NCBI GenBank assembly: GCA_020348065.1
Contig: CP070742.1
Coordinates: 624,053 to 688,052, forward strand
DNA: 64,000 nucleotides
Source of the DNA: Candidatus Zixiibacteriota bacterium
GTDB lineage: Bacteria; Zixibacteria; MSB-5A5; UBA10806
Reading direction: 5' to 3'
Below the pieces are notes generated by a model. It had not been told where the DNA came from, made no database searches, and worked only from the letters and a program-made list of their open reading frames with translations. The translations under genes and the position numbers were made by a program. Shown here piece after piece: positions 9,859 through 19,898 of the stretch. How positions within the stretch are numbered: the stretch's first letter is position 1; every line of letters starts with the position of its first letter.

Positions 9859-10527
9859 ATGCTGTTGGACGCGGAAAATATTCACAAAAAATTTCAATCC
9901 GGTGATGGTTTCATCGAGGTCTTAAAAGGCGCATCTTTGCAGTTGGAAAAAGGAGATCTCTCGATTCTATCGGGGCAATCCGGTTCCGGCAAAAGCACCT
10001 TTCTGTATATTCTGGCGGGGCTTATTAAGCCCGATTCCGGCGATATCAGGTTTGACGGAGAATCCATAAATGAATTCAGACTTGAAAAACTCGATATTTT
10101 CAGGAACAGCAAAATCGGGTTTGTGTTTCAGATGCATCACTTAATGCCCGATTTTACCGCGGTAGAAAACGTGATGATACCGGCTTTGATAAAAGGGATA
10201 TCGCGGGACCAGAGTTACAAAAGAGCTCGCGAGCTCCTTTCCGATCTATCCATATTTCACAGAATAGACCATTATCCCAACCAGTTATCGGGGGGCGAGC
10301 AGCAAAGAGCGGCGGTGGCCAGGGCGCTCATAAATTCCCCCGAACTACTTCTTGCGGATGAACCTACGGGAAACCTCGATAAAGAAAATGCCGACTCTCT
10401 GATAAAGTTATTTACGAAACTTGTCGACACCACAGGTGTAGGCGTGTTAATAGCGACGCACAATCCGGATCTCGCAAAAACCGGAAAAAAGCTGTTTCGT
10501 CTATCCGAGGGCCGGATTATGACGTGA
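9859..10527 (+). CDS. lolD: lipoprotein-releasing system ATP-binding protein
   Basis: Walker A GQSGSGKST, ABC signature LSGGEQQRAAVARAL, Walker B LLLADEPTGNLD. Confidence 0.85.
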   Translation: MLLDAENIHKKFQSGDGFIEVLKGASLQLEKGDLSILSGQSGSGKSTFLYILAGLIKPDSGDIRFDGESINEFRLEKLDIFRNSKIGFVFQMHHLMPDFTAVENVMIPALIKGISRDQSYKRARELLSDLSIFHRIDHYPNQLSGGEQQRAAVARALINSPELLLADEPTGNLDKENADSLIKLFTKLVDTTGVGVLIATHNPDLAKTGKKLFRLSEGRIMT

Positions 10528-10622
10528 AACTGAAATGACTTGCGGCATATTCGACTTTTGTCCTATATTGACAGGGAACTGAAATATTTGTCCGTGGGTT
10601 TAAGATACTGAAGGAAAATAAG

Positions 10623-11135
10623 ATGCTTTGCCAGGACTGTAAAAAAACCGAGTCTACCGTTCATCTTACGCAGATCGTGAACAACAAGAAAGTGGTTCTG
10701 AATCTTTGCCGGAGTTGCGCCGAGAAAAGGGGTTTTCATTCTCCATTTGAGAATATACCGTTTCCGCTCGCCGAATTCGTTACCGGAATGATGGGTACCA
10801 GCAAAACCCCGGCCGAAAGCAAGAAAGTCAAATCTCTGCAATATAAAAAATGCCCTTCATGCGGGCTGACCTTCGAAGCTCTCGGCAAAACCGGGCGGTT
10901 CGGATGCGGGCAGTGCTACATGACTTTTGGGGCCGATCTGAACGATCTTCTTAGAAAAATCCACGGTTCAAATGAGCACCGAGGTAAGATACCTTCCGCC
11001 GCAAGCGACGCGCTGAAGCCTTTACGGGAGGATAGACGATTGCGTGAAGAGTTAAGACGAGCCATTGAAAAGGAAGATTTCGAAGCGGCGGCGGTGTTAA
11101 GAGATAAAATCCGGGAGTTAACGGATCAAATTTAG
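10623..11135 (+). CDS. mcsA: McsA-like protein (two CxxC zinc-finger pairs plus C-terminal UVR domain), activator of arginine kinase McsB
   Basis: CQDCKK...CRSC and CPSCG...CGQC zinc fingers; UVR motif EDFEAAAVLRDKIREL; directly upstream of mcsB-clpC. Confidence 0.75.
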   Translation: MLCQDCKKTESTVHLTQIVNNKKVVLNLCRSCAEKRGFHSPFENIPFPLAEFVTGMMGTSKTPAESKKVKSLQYKKCPSCGLTFEALGKTGRFGCGQCYMTFGADLNDLLRKIHGSNEHRGKIPSAASDALKPLREDRRLREELRRAIEKEDFEAAAVLRDKIRELTDQI

Positions 11136-11144
11136 AGGAACGAT

Positions 11145-12215
11145 ATGGAACTTTCGTTTATAAATAAAATGTCCGGAAAATCTGCACCCTGGCTGGACGG
11201 AGAGGGGCCGGATTCCTTCGCGGTTCTCTCATCGAGAATACGGCTCGCTCGAAATATATCGGATTTCCCGTTTCCCCCGTCGGCCGATACTGAATCCCGC
11301 GCAAAAATTCTGGATTTTCTTTCCCCTACTTTCGATAAAGTGACTTTGCTGAAAGACGGCAAATTTATCCCGACTGCCGATATAGATAATCTCAGTCAGA
11401 AATTCCTCATGGAAAGACATCTGATATCACCCGAATTTATGCGGGGAGGTTCCGGACGCGGTTTGTTTATTGGTGATGATGAAAAAATCTCAATAATGCT
11501 CAATGAGGAGGATCATATTCGTCTCCAGGTGATCTCATCCGGCATGTCGCTGAATGAATGCTGGGAGATAGCCAGCAAGATCGACGATGAACTCTCCGGT
11601 CTTATTCAATATGATTTTAACGATCGATTCGGCTATCTGACTTCATGCCCCACCAATGTCGGAACGGGACTTCGCGCCTCCGTTCTGATTCATCTGCCGG
11701 GACTCGTCCATACCGGCGAAATAGAGGGCGTTATCGCGAATATCTCCAAAATCGGTCTGGTGGTTCGAGGTTTTTACGGGGAAGGTACGGATGTTCTGGG
11801 CAACCTGTTCCAGATCTCCAATCAGACGACCCTGGGCCGCACCGAAGAGGAGATTATCGATTCGCTGGTTAAGGTTACCAGAAAGATCATTGAAAATGAA
11901 CAAAACGCCCAGGAACAGTTAATGTCCAGCGCACCCGATCAAATAGAGGACAAGATCTGGAGATCCTACGGGATTTTGAGCCATGCCAGGGTCCTGACTT
12001 CCAGTGAGGTCATGAATATGCTGTCCGCTTTGAGGTTGGGACTGTCTCTGGGGATAATAGATAAATTCAGTTACCGCGAACTAAACGAGCTGTTGATTAT
12101 TACCCAACCCGCGCACCTGCAGAAATATATGAGCAAGGAAATGGACAATGTCGAGCGCGACATTGTGCGGGCGAACCTGGTCAGGCAGCGCTTTAATAAA
12201 TCCGAGGAATTTTAG
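11145..12215 (+). CDS. mcsB: protein arginine kinase (ATP:guanido phosphotransferase family)
   Basis: Phosphagen-kinase active-site signature CPTNVGTGLRASV; conserved mcsA-mcsB-clpC order. Confidence 0.85.
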   Translation: MELSFINKMSGKSAPWLDGEGPDSFAVLSSRIRLARNISDFPFPPSADTESRAKILDFLSPTFDKVTLLKDGKFIPTADIDNLSQKFLMERHLISPEFMRGGSGRGLFIGDDEKISIMLNEEDHIRLQVISSGMSLNECWEIASKIDDELSGLIQYDFNDRFGYLTSCPTNVGTGLRASVLIHLPGLVHTGEIEGVIANISKIGLVVRGFYGEGTDVLGNLFQISNQTTLGRTEEEIIDSLVKVTRKIIENEQNAQEQLMSSAPDQIEDKIWRSYGILSHARVLTSSEVMNMLSALRLGLSLGIIDKFSYRELNELLIITQPAHLQKYMSKEMDNVERDIVRANLVRQRFNKSEEF

Positions 12216-12235
12216 TTTTTTTGAAATGAGGTGTT

Positions 12236-14710
12236 TTGATGAACGAGATGTTCACCGAAAAGGCTCGTAAGTCAATTGAATACGCTCGCGATGAGGCGGC
12301 GCGTTTAAAACACGATTATATAGGAACGGAACATCTGCTTTTGGGTCTTATACGTCTCGGAGATTGTACCGCGATCGAGATTTTGAATAATATAGGTATA
12401 GATGCCAACGAACTCAAAGGTTCTATCGAGGAGATGGTTCAGCCTTCCGGCGGCACCATGCAGATGGGTCAGCTGCCATTAACCGCCAGAGCCAAAAAGA
12501 CTCTTGAGGTTTCCGGCAACGAGGCCAGGGCCCTGAAATCCAAGGACATCGATACCGAGCATATTCTGCTGGCCTTACTCAAGGATGAAGAAGGCGTCGC
12601 GGCACAGGTTCTGTCCATGTATGATGTTGACTATAAAGAGGTGTATGAAGAGCTCCGCAATATCCAGACCGGAAAACCGTCCGCGTTCGGAAAAAAACGC
12701 AAGAAAACCAAAACCCCCGCGCTCGATCATTTCGGCAGGGACCTGACGGAGCTGGCCCGACGCGATCAGCTCGATCCCATAATCGGCCGCGATGACGAAA
12801 TCGAGCGGGTTACCCAGATCCTGTCCAGACGTAAGAAAAACAATCCCGTCTTGATCGGCGAGCCGGGAGTCGGCAAAACCGCCATCGCCGAGGGATTGGC
12901 CCAGAGAATTGTGGTCGGCAAGGTTCCCCAGATTCTGGAGGAAAAGAGGATCGTTACCCTGGATATGGCATCCCTTGTGGCCGGAACAAAATATCGGGGT
13001 CAATTCGAGGAACGCCTGAAAGCGGTAATGAGTGAAATACTGGCGTCCAAAGATGTAATCATTTTTATCGATGAGCTTCATACCATCGTCGGCGCCGGGG
13101 GGGCCGAGGGTTCTCTTGACGCGTCGAATATATTCAAACCGGCGCTGTCGCGGGGGGAACTGCAATGCATCGGGGCGACCACGTTAAACGAATATCGGAA
13201 ATATATCGAAAAAGACGGGGCTTTAGACAGAAGATTCCAGACGGTTATGATCGATCCTCCCTCCACCCAGGATACAAAAGAGATATTACGCGGACTCCGG
13301 GAGAAATACGAAGAACATCATAAGGTGATCATTACCGACGAAGCCATAGAGGCCGCCGTTATTCTATCCGACAGCTATATAACCGGCAAATTTCAGCCCG
13401 ATAAGGCGATTGACGTGATCGACGAGGCCGGTTCCAGAGTTCATTTATCAGCTTTTACAAAACCGGAGACTTTCAATCAGCTTGAAGACGAAATAATCGA
13501 GTTTTCGAAGCAAAAAGAACTGGCTGTTAAGGGCCAGGAGTTCGAAAAGGCGGCGCAGCTGAGGGATACCATAAAACTAAAAAAAGAAGAACTCGAGAAC
13601 TTGAAAAAAGAATGGGAAGATAAACGCAATTCCGAAAAGATCGAATTGAAGGAAGAGGATATCGCGACGGTTATTTCCAAAATCACCGGCATACCTTTGT
13701 TCAAACTTGAGGAAAAGGAATCCAAAAAGCTCCTTCGCATGGAGGATGAACTGTCAAAAAACATCGTTGGTCAGAAAGAGGCTATCGCCAAAATCGCCAA
13801 AGCCATAAGACGGGCCCGGGCCGGATTGAAAGATCCCGATAGGCCTATCGGTTCATTTATTTTCCTGGGACCGACCGGCGTGGGCAAGACGGAACTGGCC
13901 AAGGTGTTATCGGAATTCCTGTTCGAGGATGAGGAATCTCTGGTTCGTATCGATATGTCCGAGTACATGGAGAAGTTCGCCGTCTCGCGGCTTATCGGCG
14001 CCCCTCCCGGATATGTCGGTTATGAAGAGGGCGGCCAATTGACGGAGAAGGTCCGCAGAAAACCTTATTCCGTTGTCCTCCTGGACGAAATTGAAAAAGC
14101 CCATCCCGAAGTTTTCAATATACTCCTGCAGCTTCTCGACGAGGGTCAGTTGACCGATTCTTTCGGACGTAAGGTCGATTTCAGAAATACCGTAATCATA
14201 ATGACCTCTAATATGGGCACCAGGCAGGCCGCGGTAGGTAAGGGAATCGGTTTTCAGAAAGATGACGCCAAAACCGACTACGACAAGATGAAAGACCGGA
14301 TTCTCGACGAAATGAAGAAAACCTTTAATCCGGAATTGGTCAACAGGATTGACGAAACGGTGATATTTCATGCCCTGGAAAAAGAGCATATTTTTGACAT
14401 TGTCAATATCCTTTTGAGAGATCTCTTGAAGAGAATGGCCGATAAAAATATTACCATAGCTCTGAACCCTGATGCCAGGGAATATCTGGTCGATAAGGGA
14501 TGGGATCCCAATTTCGGCGCCAGACCGTTGAAAAGAGCGCTGCAGAAATATCTCGAGGATCCCATGTCGGAAGAGATTCTAAAAGGCGAATTCAGCAGGA
14601 ATTTCCATGTGGAGGTGTCCAGGCATCCGGATGAGGATCGGCTTAAATTCGACATCAAAAAGATCGCGGTTGCCGAGATGGAACCCGAGAAATCAAACGC
14701 CGCGGATTAA
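12236..14710 (+). CDS. clpC: ATP-dependent Clp protease ATP-binding subunit ClpC (two AAA+ modules, Clp_N repeats, UVR linker)
   Basis: Double Clp_N, Walker A GEPGVGKT and [11 protein letters not shown] domain ([11 protein letters not shown]), ClpP-loop region. Confidence 0.9.
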   Translation: MMNEMFTEKARKSIEYARDEAARLKHDYIGTEHLLLGLIRLGDCTAIEILNNIGIDANELKGSIEEMVQPSGGTMQMGQLPLTARAKKTLEVSGNEARALKSKDIDTEHILLALLKDEEGVAAQVLSMYDVDYKEVYEELRNIQTGKPSAFGKKRKKTKTPALDHFGRDLTELARRDQLDPIIGRDDEIERVTQILSRRKKNNPVLIGEPGVGKTAIAEGLAQRIVVGKVPQILEEKRIVTLDMASLVAGTKYRGQFEERLKAVMSEILASKDVIIFIDELHTIVGAGGAEGSLDASNIFKPALSRGELQCIGATTLNEYRKYIEKDGALDRRFQTVMIDPPSTQDTKEILRGLREKYEEHHKVIITDEAIEAAVILSDSYITGKFQPDKAIDVIDEAGSRVHLSAFTKPETFNQLEDEIIEFSKQKELAVKGQEFEKAAQLRDTIKLKKEELENLKKEWEDKRNSEKIELKEEDIATVISKITGIPLFKLEEKESKKLLRMEDELSKNIVGQKEAIAKIAKAIRRARAGLKDPDRPIGSFIFLGPTGVGKTELAKVLSEFLFEDEESLVRIDMSEYMEKFAVSRLIGAPPGYVGYEEGGQLTEKVRRKPYSVVLLDEIEKAHPEVFNILLQLLDEGQLTDSFGRKVDFRNTVIIMTSNMGTRQAAVGKGIGFQKDDAKTDYDKMKDRILDEMKKTFNPELVNRIDETVIFHALEKEHIFDIVNILLRDLLKRMADKNITIALNPDAREYLVDKGWDPNFGARPLKRALQKYLEDPMSEEILKGEFSRNFHVEVSRHPDEDRLKFDIKKIAVAEMEPEKSNAAD

Positions 14711-14725
14711 ATGGATAGATCTTCT

Positions 14726-14760
14726 GCCCGGCGTCGATTTCGGGCGCCGGGTTTTTTATT
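14726..14760 (+). terminator. Rho-independent terminator downstream of clpC
   Basis: GC stem cccggcg/cgccggg with a ~10-nt loop followed by TTTTTTATT. Confidence 0.65.
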
Positions 14761-14844
14761 GGGCTTGAAATAGTGGGCTTTACGGATCGATTATGCCGAA
14801 CTTCGATTTTAAGCTGTTTGGATCGAATAAATTAGAAAGAACTC

Positions 14845-14873
14845 TTGACAGATCGAAATGAAATTGTAAATTA
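14845..14873 (+). promoter_or_regulatory. sigma70-like promoter for rpmA (TTGACA-16-TAAATT)
   Basis: -35 hexamer ttgaca with 16-nt spacer to taaatt, ~25 nt upstream of a GGAAAGGGG RBS and the TTG start. Confidence 0.4.
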
Positions 14874-14898
14874 CAGGATTTAAGGAAAGGGGAATTAG

Positions 14899-15150
14899 TT
14901 GGCTCACAAAAAAGGGCAAGGATCGGTAAAAAACGGACGGGATTCGGCCGGCCAGCGATTGGGCGTTAAAATCTTTGGAGGTCAAAGAGTTCATGCCGGT
15001 TCGATAATAATACGCCAGCGGGGTACGAAAATTCATCCCGGCGATAACGTCGGTCACGCCAAAGACAACACCCTGTACGCGCTTATCGATGGCGTGGTGC
15101 GCTACAGCAGAAAAGGCCGCGATAGAAAAATCGTCTCGGTTATTTCCTGA
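14899..15150 (+). CDS. rpmA: 50S ribosomal protein L27
   Basis: N-terminus [24 protein letters not shown] typical of bL27; TTG start. Confidence 0.9.
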   Translation: MAHKKGQGSVKNGRDSAGQRLGVKIFGGQRVHAGSIIIRQRGTKIHPGDNVGHAKDNTLYALIDGVVRYSRKGRDRKIVSVIS

Positions 15151-15151
15151 A

Positions 15152-15184
15152 AAATCCCCGCCCCGGTGCGCGGGGATTTAAATT
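15152..15184 (+). terminator. hairpin (10-bp stem aaatccccgc/gcggggattt, 8-nt loop) downstream of rpmA; AT-rich but not poly-U tail
   Basis: Perfect 10-bp inverted repeat immediately after the rpmA stop. Confidence 0.45.
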
Positions 15185-15222
15185 AGACCTGGATGTGAAT
15201 TTTATCACATGATCTTTTAAAA

Positions 15223-15861
15223 ATGACAAAACCTCCCAGAAAAATCGGAGTCATTGTTACCGGCGGCGCTTTCTGGGAGATAATTTTTTGTTTTCTGCAC
15301 CTGGAAAATAAAAGATATTTAAGGTTACCTATAACTATCAATGTTGACGGCGATGAGCATGCGAGATATATCGAAGCGAAATTATCCAGAGCTCCGGTTG
15401 TGCATATTGAAGAAATCAAGGCCACCGGTATAGATGCCCTTATTATTCCCGGCGGGAAAGCTCTCTTCGATTCTCTGTGTGATTTTGATAAAGCCGGAAA
15501 CGCATTTAAGATTAACGATATTTTTAAGACCCTTGTGAAGGGAATTTACAGGCTCGGCAAACCCATCGGAGCTTTCGGATCAGCCTCTCTTCTGGTGGTA
15601 AAATCCCTGCAGGGAATTATTACATCGGAAGCTGTAGTTACGGTGGGCAACGATCCGAAACTGCAGGCGGGTGTTGGAAATGCGGGAGCTCAGGCGGTTG
15701 TTACAAGGCCGGGGGAAGTGGTGCTGGATATAGAGAATAGAATCGTGTCCGGCGGCGGAGAGCTTGCTACCAGGAGACCGGCCGAGGTTTACGATGCTTG
15801 TGAAAACCTTTTAAGAGGATTGGACGAATTCATCAAAGGCAGGAAACATGAGAAATATTAG
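15223..15861 (+). CDS. DJ-1/PfpI-superfamily protein (ElbB-like class I glutamine amidotransferase-like fold)
   Basis: IGVIVTGGAF...IDALIIPGG...GAFG architecture of ElbB/ES1-type DJ-1 family members. Confidence 0.55.
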   Translation: MTKPPRKIGVIVTGGAFWEIIFCFLHLENKRYLRLPITINVDGDEHARYIEAKLSRAPVVHIEEIKATGIDALIIPGGKALFDSLCDFDKAGNAFKINDIFKTLVKGIYRLGKPIGAFGSASLLVVKSLQGIITSEAVVTVGNDPKLQAGVGNAGAQAVVTRPGEVVLDIENRIVSGGGELATRRPAEVYDACENLLRGLDEFIKGRKHEKY

Positions 15862-16690
15862 TTCCGGTAAAATTACCTCGGCGGTTAAAAAGCTCTGTAT
15901 GGATGCCAATTATTTTCTTGGTGACGATGTCGTCGGAGTAATTAGAAAATCGTTGGACAAAGAAGAATCGCCGCTGGGAAAAGAGATTTTGAACCAGATC
16001 CTTGAAAACGCCGAAATAGCCAAAAACGAGCAGATGCCCCTCTGCCAGGATACCGGCCTGACTGCCGTTTTCGTTGAGCTGGGTTCCGATATTCATATTG
16101 ACGGCGCTACCCTTGAGGCGGCGGTCCAGGAAGGCATAAGACAGGGCTATGGCGACGGTTATTTGAGAAAATCGATGGTGGAAGATCCTCTGAGACGCAA
16201 AAACACCGGGGATAACACCCCCGGCGTCATCTCCATTAATATTGTCGAAGGCGATAAAATCAAGATCACCATTCTCCCTAAAGGCGGCGGTTCGGAGAAT
16301 ATGAGCGCCATAAAGATGCTAAAACCGTCCGACGGCGAGGACGGCGTCAAAGACTTTGTGGTGGAAACCGTCAGGGTAGCGGGAGGAAACCCCTGTCCTC
16401 CGATTATCGTGGGCGTTGGAATCGGAGGCTCTTTTGATAAATCCGCCTATCTGGCCAAAAAATCTCTGTTAAGGAAGCTCGGCTCAGTTCATTCCGATCC
16501 CTATTACGCTGAGATGGAGAAGGAACTTCTGGAGAGGATTAACAATACCGGAATAGGACCTCAAGGATTGGGCGGCAGGATTACGGCTCTCGCCGTTCAT
16601 ATAGAAACTCATCCCTGTCACATTGCCAGTCTGCCGGTAGCGGTTAATACACAATGTCATTCGGCCCGGCATAAAGAGGTCATAATCTGA
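15848..16690 (+). CDS. fumA: class I (Fe-S) fumarate hydratase / L(+)-tartrate dehydratase, alpha subunit
   Basis: Fe-S hydro-lyase alpha motif LCQDTGLTAVFVELG; paired with the beta-subunit gene immediately downstream. Confidence 0.8.
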   Translation: MRNISSGKITSAVKKLCMDANYFLGDDVVGVIRKSLDKEESPLGKEILNQILENAEIAKNEQMPLCQDTGLTAVFVELGSDIHIDGATLEAAVQEGIRQGYGDGYLRKSMVEDPLRRKNTGDNTPGVISINIVEGDKIKITILPKGGGSENMSAIKMLKPSDGEDGVKDFVVETVRVAGGNPCPPIIVGVGIGGSFDKSAYLAKKSLLRKLGSVHSDPYYAEMEKELLERINNTGIGPQGLGGRITALAVHIETHPCHIASLPVAVNTQCHSARHKEVII

Positions 16691-16700
16691 GAGGACAAAA

Positions 16701-17252
16701 ATGGAAGCGATAAAATTAAATACTCCCGTAGCAGATCAAGATATTGAAAAACTCCGCGCGGGTCATAAGGTGATTCTTAACGGTTATATCTATACGGCCC
16801 GGGATGCCGCGCATAAAAAAATGGTGGAACTGCTGGATAAGGGTGAAAACCTGCCCTTCGATCCCGCCGGTCAGATAATATATTTCGTTGGACCGACTCC
16901 CGCCAAACCGGGGAAGGTAATCGGGTCAGCGGGACCCACAACCTCCGGAAGGATGAATAAGTACTCTCCGGCAATGTTGAAAGCCGGCTTGAAGGGTATG
17001 ATCGGAAAGGGAGAGATGGGCAAGGAAGTTGCGGACGCCTTGAAGCGATACAAAGGTGCCTATTTTGTGGCCACCGGCGGGGCCGGGGCCTTGATGGCGA
17101 AACGGATTACAGATTCGGAGGTTGTCGCCTATGAGGAGCTGGGTCCGGAGGCGGTCCGCAGGCTTAAGGTAGTCGATTTTCCCATAATCGTCGCCCAGGA
17201 TAGCCACGGCGGCAATATTTTTGTCGAGGGAATGGAAAAATACCGGAAGTAA
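16701..17252 (+). CDS. fumB: class I fumarate hydratase / tartrate dehydratase, beta subunit
   Basis: Fe-S hydro-lyase beta-type domain (GYIYTARDAAHKKM, GPTPAKPGKVIGSAGPTTSGRM). Confidence 0.8.
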   Translation: MEAIKLNTPVADQDIEKLRAGHKVILNGYIYTARDAAHKKMVELLDKGENLPFDPAGQIIYFVGPTPAKPGKVIGSAGPTTSGRMNKYSPAMLKAGLKGMIGKGEMGKEVADALKRYKGAYFVATGGAGALMAKRITDSEVVAYEELGPEAVRRLKVVDFPIIVAQDSHGGNIFVEGMEKYRK

Positions 17253-17406
17253 CGGTCTAAATAGTTGTTGTATTTCCGGATATGATTGCCTAAAATCTCA
17301 AAATGAAAACTTGCGATTATTTTTTAATGATAAATCTCCTGTCGAAGTTTAATAGAAGGGAAAATTCAACTCCTATCTTCGACGCAAACGATGCAGGAGG
17401 CATTGC

Positions 17407-17784
17407 ATGAATCAATCTATTGCCGCCCGCGGCGCTTTTTTCTGGCTTTTTCAAAGAATTACGGGCGTCATTTTAGCGATTTTCCTCTTTACTCATGTCA
17501 AAGTGCTCCACTGGGATTTCAATTTCGCCACCCAGGGACTGCTGGATTTCTCCTTTGTTATTGAGAGACTGCAGGGTAATCTGGGATGGCTGATCTTCTA
17601 TTTTCTCTTTATCATCTCCGCGCTGTTTCACGGACTTAACGGCCTGTGGGCCGTCGTTCTCGATTTCAGACCCGCAAGAGGAGTACAGCTGGTATGGCTG
17701 ACGGTTCTATGGGCGGTCGGTCTGCTCACCGCGTACTACTCCTTTACCACTCTCAGCTCTTTCTTCAAAGGAGGAGTGGTATGA
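17407..17784 (+). CDS. sdhC: succinate dehydrogenase/fumarate reductase cytochrome b subunit
   Basis: ~125 aa, three TM helices with conserved His; first gene of sdhCDAB; ATGA overlap with next gene. Confidence 0.7.
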   Translation: MNQSIAARGAFFWLFQRITGVILAIFLFTHVKVLHWDFNFATQGLLDFSFVIERLQGNLGWLIFYFLFIISALFHGLNGLWAVVLDFRPARGVQLVWLTVLWAVGLLTAYYSFTTLSSFFKGGVV

Positions 17785-18197
17785 GGATCAGATACGTTTT
17801 CAAGGGCACCAAGGAGGAATTAAAATTAAATCCGAATGTCGGCACATTTTCCTGGTTCCTGCATCGGATTACCGGTCTGTTGCTTCTTTTCTATCTTTTC
17901 ACCCATATGTGGGTTCTGGGTTCGGCCAATAAGGGCGCCGAGGCTTTTAACCAGAGATTGAGCGCCGTCCAGACTCCCCTTTTCCATTTTCTGGAAATAG
18001 GACTAATACTGGTTATATTTTATCACATGGTTAACGGTCTCTCGATAACCTTGATGGACTTCGCGAATATTTCCAGCAAACACAAATCGTTGGTTGTCGC
18101 AGTGGTGCTGGTTTTCGCCGTACTGGCTATAGTCTCCCTTTCGGTTATGCTCCCCAGGATTTTCGCCCCGCACGTACCTACGGGAGGTTTGGCATGA
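17781..18197 (+). CDS. sdhD: succinate dehydrogenase/fumarate reductase hydrophobic anchor subunit
   Basis: In-frame ATG at ~17781 (MRIRYVFKG...) gives a 3-TM protein; the track ORF start 17646 lies inside sdhC. Confidence 0.65.
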   Translation: MRIRYVFKGTKEELKLNPNVGTFSWFLHRITGLLLLFYLFTHMWVLGSANKGAEAFNQRLSAVQTPLFHFLEIGLILVIFYHMVNGLSITLMDFANISSKHKSLVVAVVLVFAVLAIVSLSVMLPRIFAPHVPTGGLA

Positions 18198-19897
18198 TTT
18201 TCCATGATGTTGTAGTGATAGGAGGCGGTCTGGCCGGAATGATGGCTGCGGTAGAAGCCGGCGCCAAAGGCGCGGAAGTCGCGGTTCTCTCCAAAATTCA
18301 TCCCTTACGGTCGCATTCCGGCGCCGCGCAGGGCGGTATCAACGCCGCGTTGGCCAACAACCCCGATTCCGCCGATGATACTCCCGAACGTCACGCCTAC
18401 GATACTGTAAAGGGGTCGGATTTCCTTGCCGACCAGGAAGCCGCAATAACTATGGCCAATGACGCTCCCCGGGTCATCTACCAGATGGAACACTGGGGAT
18501 GCCCGTTCTCAAGAATGGAAAATGGGAAGATCTGTCAGAGACCCTTCGGAGGGGCCGGCTATCCCCGGACATGTTACGGAGCCGATAAAACCGGGCTCTA
18601 TCTTCTCCATACGCTTTATGAGCAGACAATCAGGCTGAACACCAGATACTATGAGGAGTGGATGGTTCTTCAGCTTGCTCTTGACGATTCGGGAGTCTGT
18701 AAAGGTGTTGTGGCTTTGAATATCCCGGAGGGCAGGCTCGAACTGATTGCCGCCAATGCCGTGATCTTCTCCACCGGGGGCTCCGGCAGGATTTTCGGAA
18801 ATACCACAAACGCGCTGGTCAATTCGGGATTGGCCAAGGCCATTCCGTATTGGGCCGGCATTCCTCTGAAGGATATGGAGTTCATACAGTTCCATCCCAC
18901 CGGTCTATACAGATCGAATATCCTCATGACCGAAGGCTGTCGCGGCGAGGGCGGTTACCTGACTAATAAAGACGGCGAGAGGTTCATGAGCCGTTATGTC
19001 TCAGAGAAGGTGATGGAACTCGCGCCCCGCGATATCGTCAGCCGCTCCATCGCCACCGAGATCGAGGAGGGACGGGGATTCGAGGGCGGTTATGTTCACC
19101 TTGATCTTCGTCACCTGGGAAGAGAGAAGATAATGGAAAGGCTTCCCGGTATCCGCGAGATCTGCCTCGACTTCGCCGGGCTCGATCCTATCGATACGCC
19201 GATTCCCATCAACCCCGCCACCCATTATACCATGGGAGGTATCGATTGCGATAAGGACGGCATCACCCAATCGCCCGGATTCTACGCCGCCGGCGAATGC
19301 TCCTGCGTTTCGGTGCATGGCGCCAACCGGCTGGGAGGCAACTCTCTTCTGGAAACCATTGTTTTCGGGCGCCGGGCGGGCGAGGCTGCAGCTTCCTATG
19401 TAAAGGAGCTGCCCAAAACAGGCGATGAGGCTACCCTGACCAGAGCCCAGAAAGCCCTCGCCGACAGGATAAACTCCTTCGCCAGGCCGGGCGGAACAGA
19501 GGACCCCTACCAGCTCCGGACAGATCTGCAGAACGTCATGACCGGCAAAGTGGGTATATTCAGGACCGGCGAGGAACTGGAGGAAGCCTTAAAAGAAATC
19601 AAGGAGCTTCAGGCGCGATTTAAAAACATTCGCCCCGTTAGCCCCGGCAGAGCTTTTAATATGGATAAAGTCTGGATCATGGAATTGGCCGGCAATATGG
19701 AGATCTCCGAGGTTATCACTGCCGGCGCCATTCGCAGAACCGAAAGCAGGGGCGCTCATTTCAGACGCGAGTTCAATAAACGTAATGACGACGAATGGCT
19801 GCATCATACGCTGGCGACCTGGACGCCGGACGGCCCCGATTTTTCCACCAGCGAGGTCGATCTTTCCAAATACCCTCCGGAAGAAAGGAAGTACTGA
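18194..19897 (+). CDS. sdhA: succinate dehydrogenase/fumarate reductase flavoprotein subunit
   Basis: FAD-binding [10 protein letters not shown], covalent-FAD His region ([10 protein letters not shown]), full length 567 aa. Confidence 0.9.
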   Translation: MIFHDVVVIGGGLAGMMAAVEAGAKGAEVAVLSKIHPLRSHSGAAQGGINAALANNPDSADDTPERHAYDTVKGSDFLADQEAAITMANDAPRVIYQMEHWGCPFSRMENGKICQRPFGGAGYPRTCYGADKTGLYLLHTLYEQTIRLNTRYYEEWMVLQLALDDSGVCKGVVALNIPEGRLELIAANAVIFSTGGSGRIFGNTTNALVNSGLAKAIPYWAGIPLKDMEFIQFHPTGLYRSNILMTEGCRGEGGYLTNKDGERFMSRYVSEKVMELAPRDIVSRSIATEIEEGRGFEGGYVHLDLRHLGREKIMERLPGIREICLDFAGLDPIDTPIPINPATHYTMGGIDCDKDGITQSPGFYAAGECSCVSVHGANRLGGNSLLETIVFGRRAGEAAASYVKELPKTGDEATLTRAQKALADRINSFARPGGTEDPYQLRTDLQNVMTGKVGIFRTGEELEEALKEIKELQARFKNIRPVSPGRAFNMDKVWIMELAGNMEISEVITAGAIRRTESRGAHFRREFNKRNDDEWLHHTLATWTPDGPDFSTSEVDLSKYPPEERKY

Positions 19898-19898
19898 A

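Noticed and set aside
14711-14898. tRNA or other structured RNA genes in the larger intergenic gaps (14711-14898, 17253-17406, 27557-27725, 51183-51634, 63751-64000)
   Set aside because: No cloverleaf-compatible sequence with a GTTCRA T-loop motif and no RNase P/SRP/tmRNA signature motifs were found by eye. These gaps are better explained as promoter/terminator regions.
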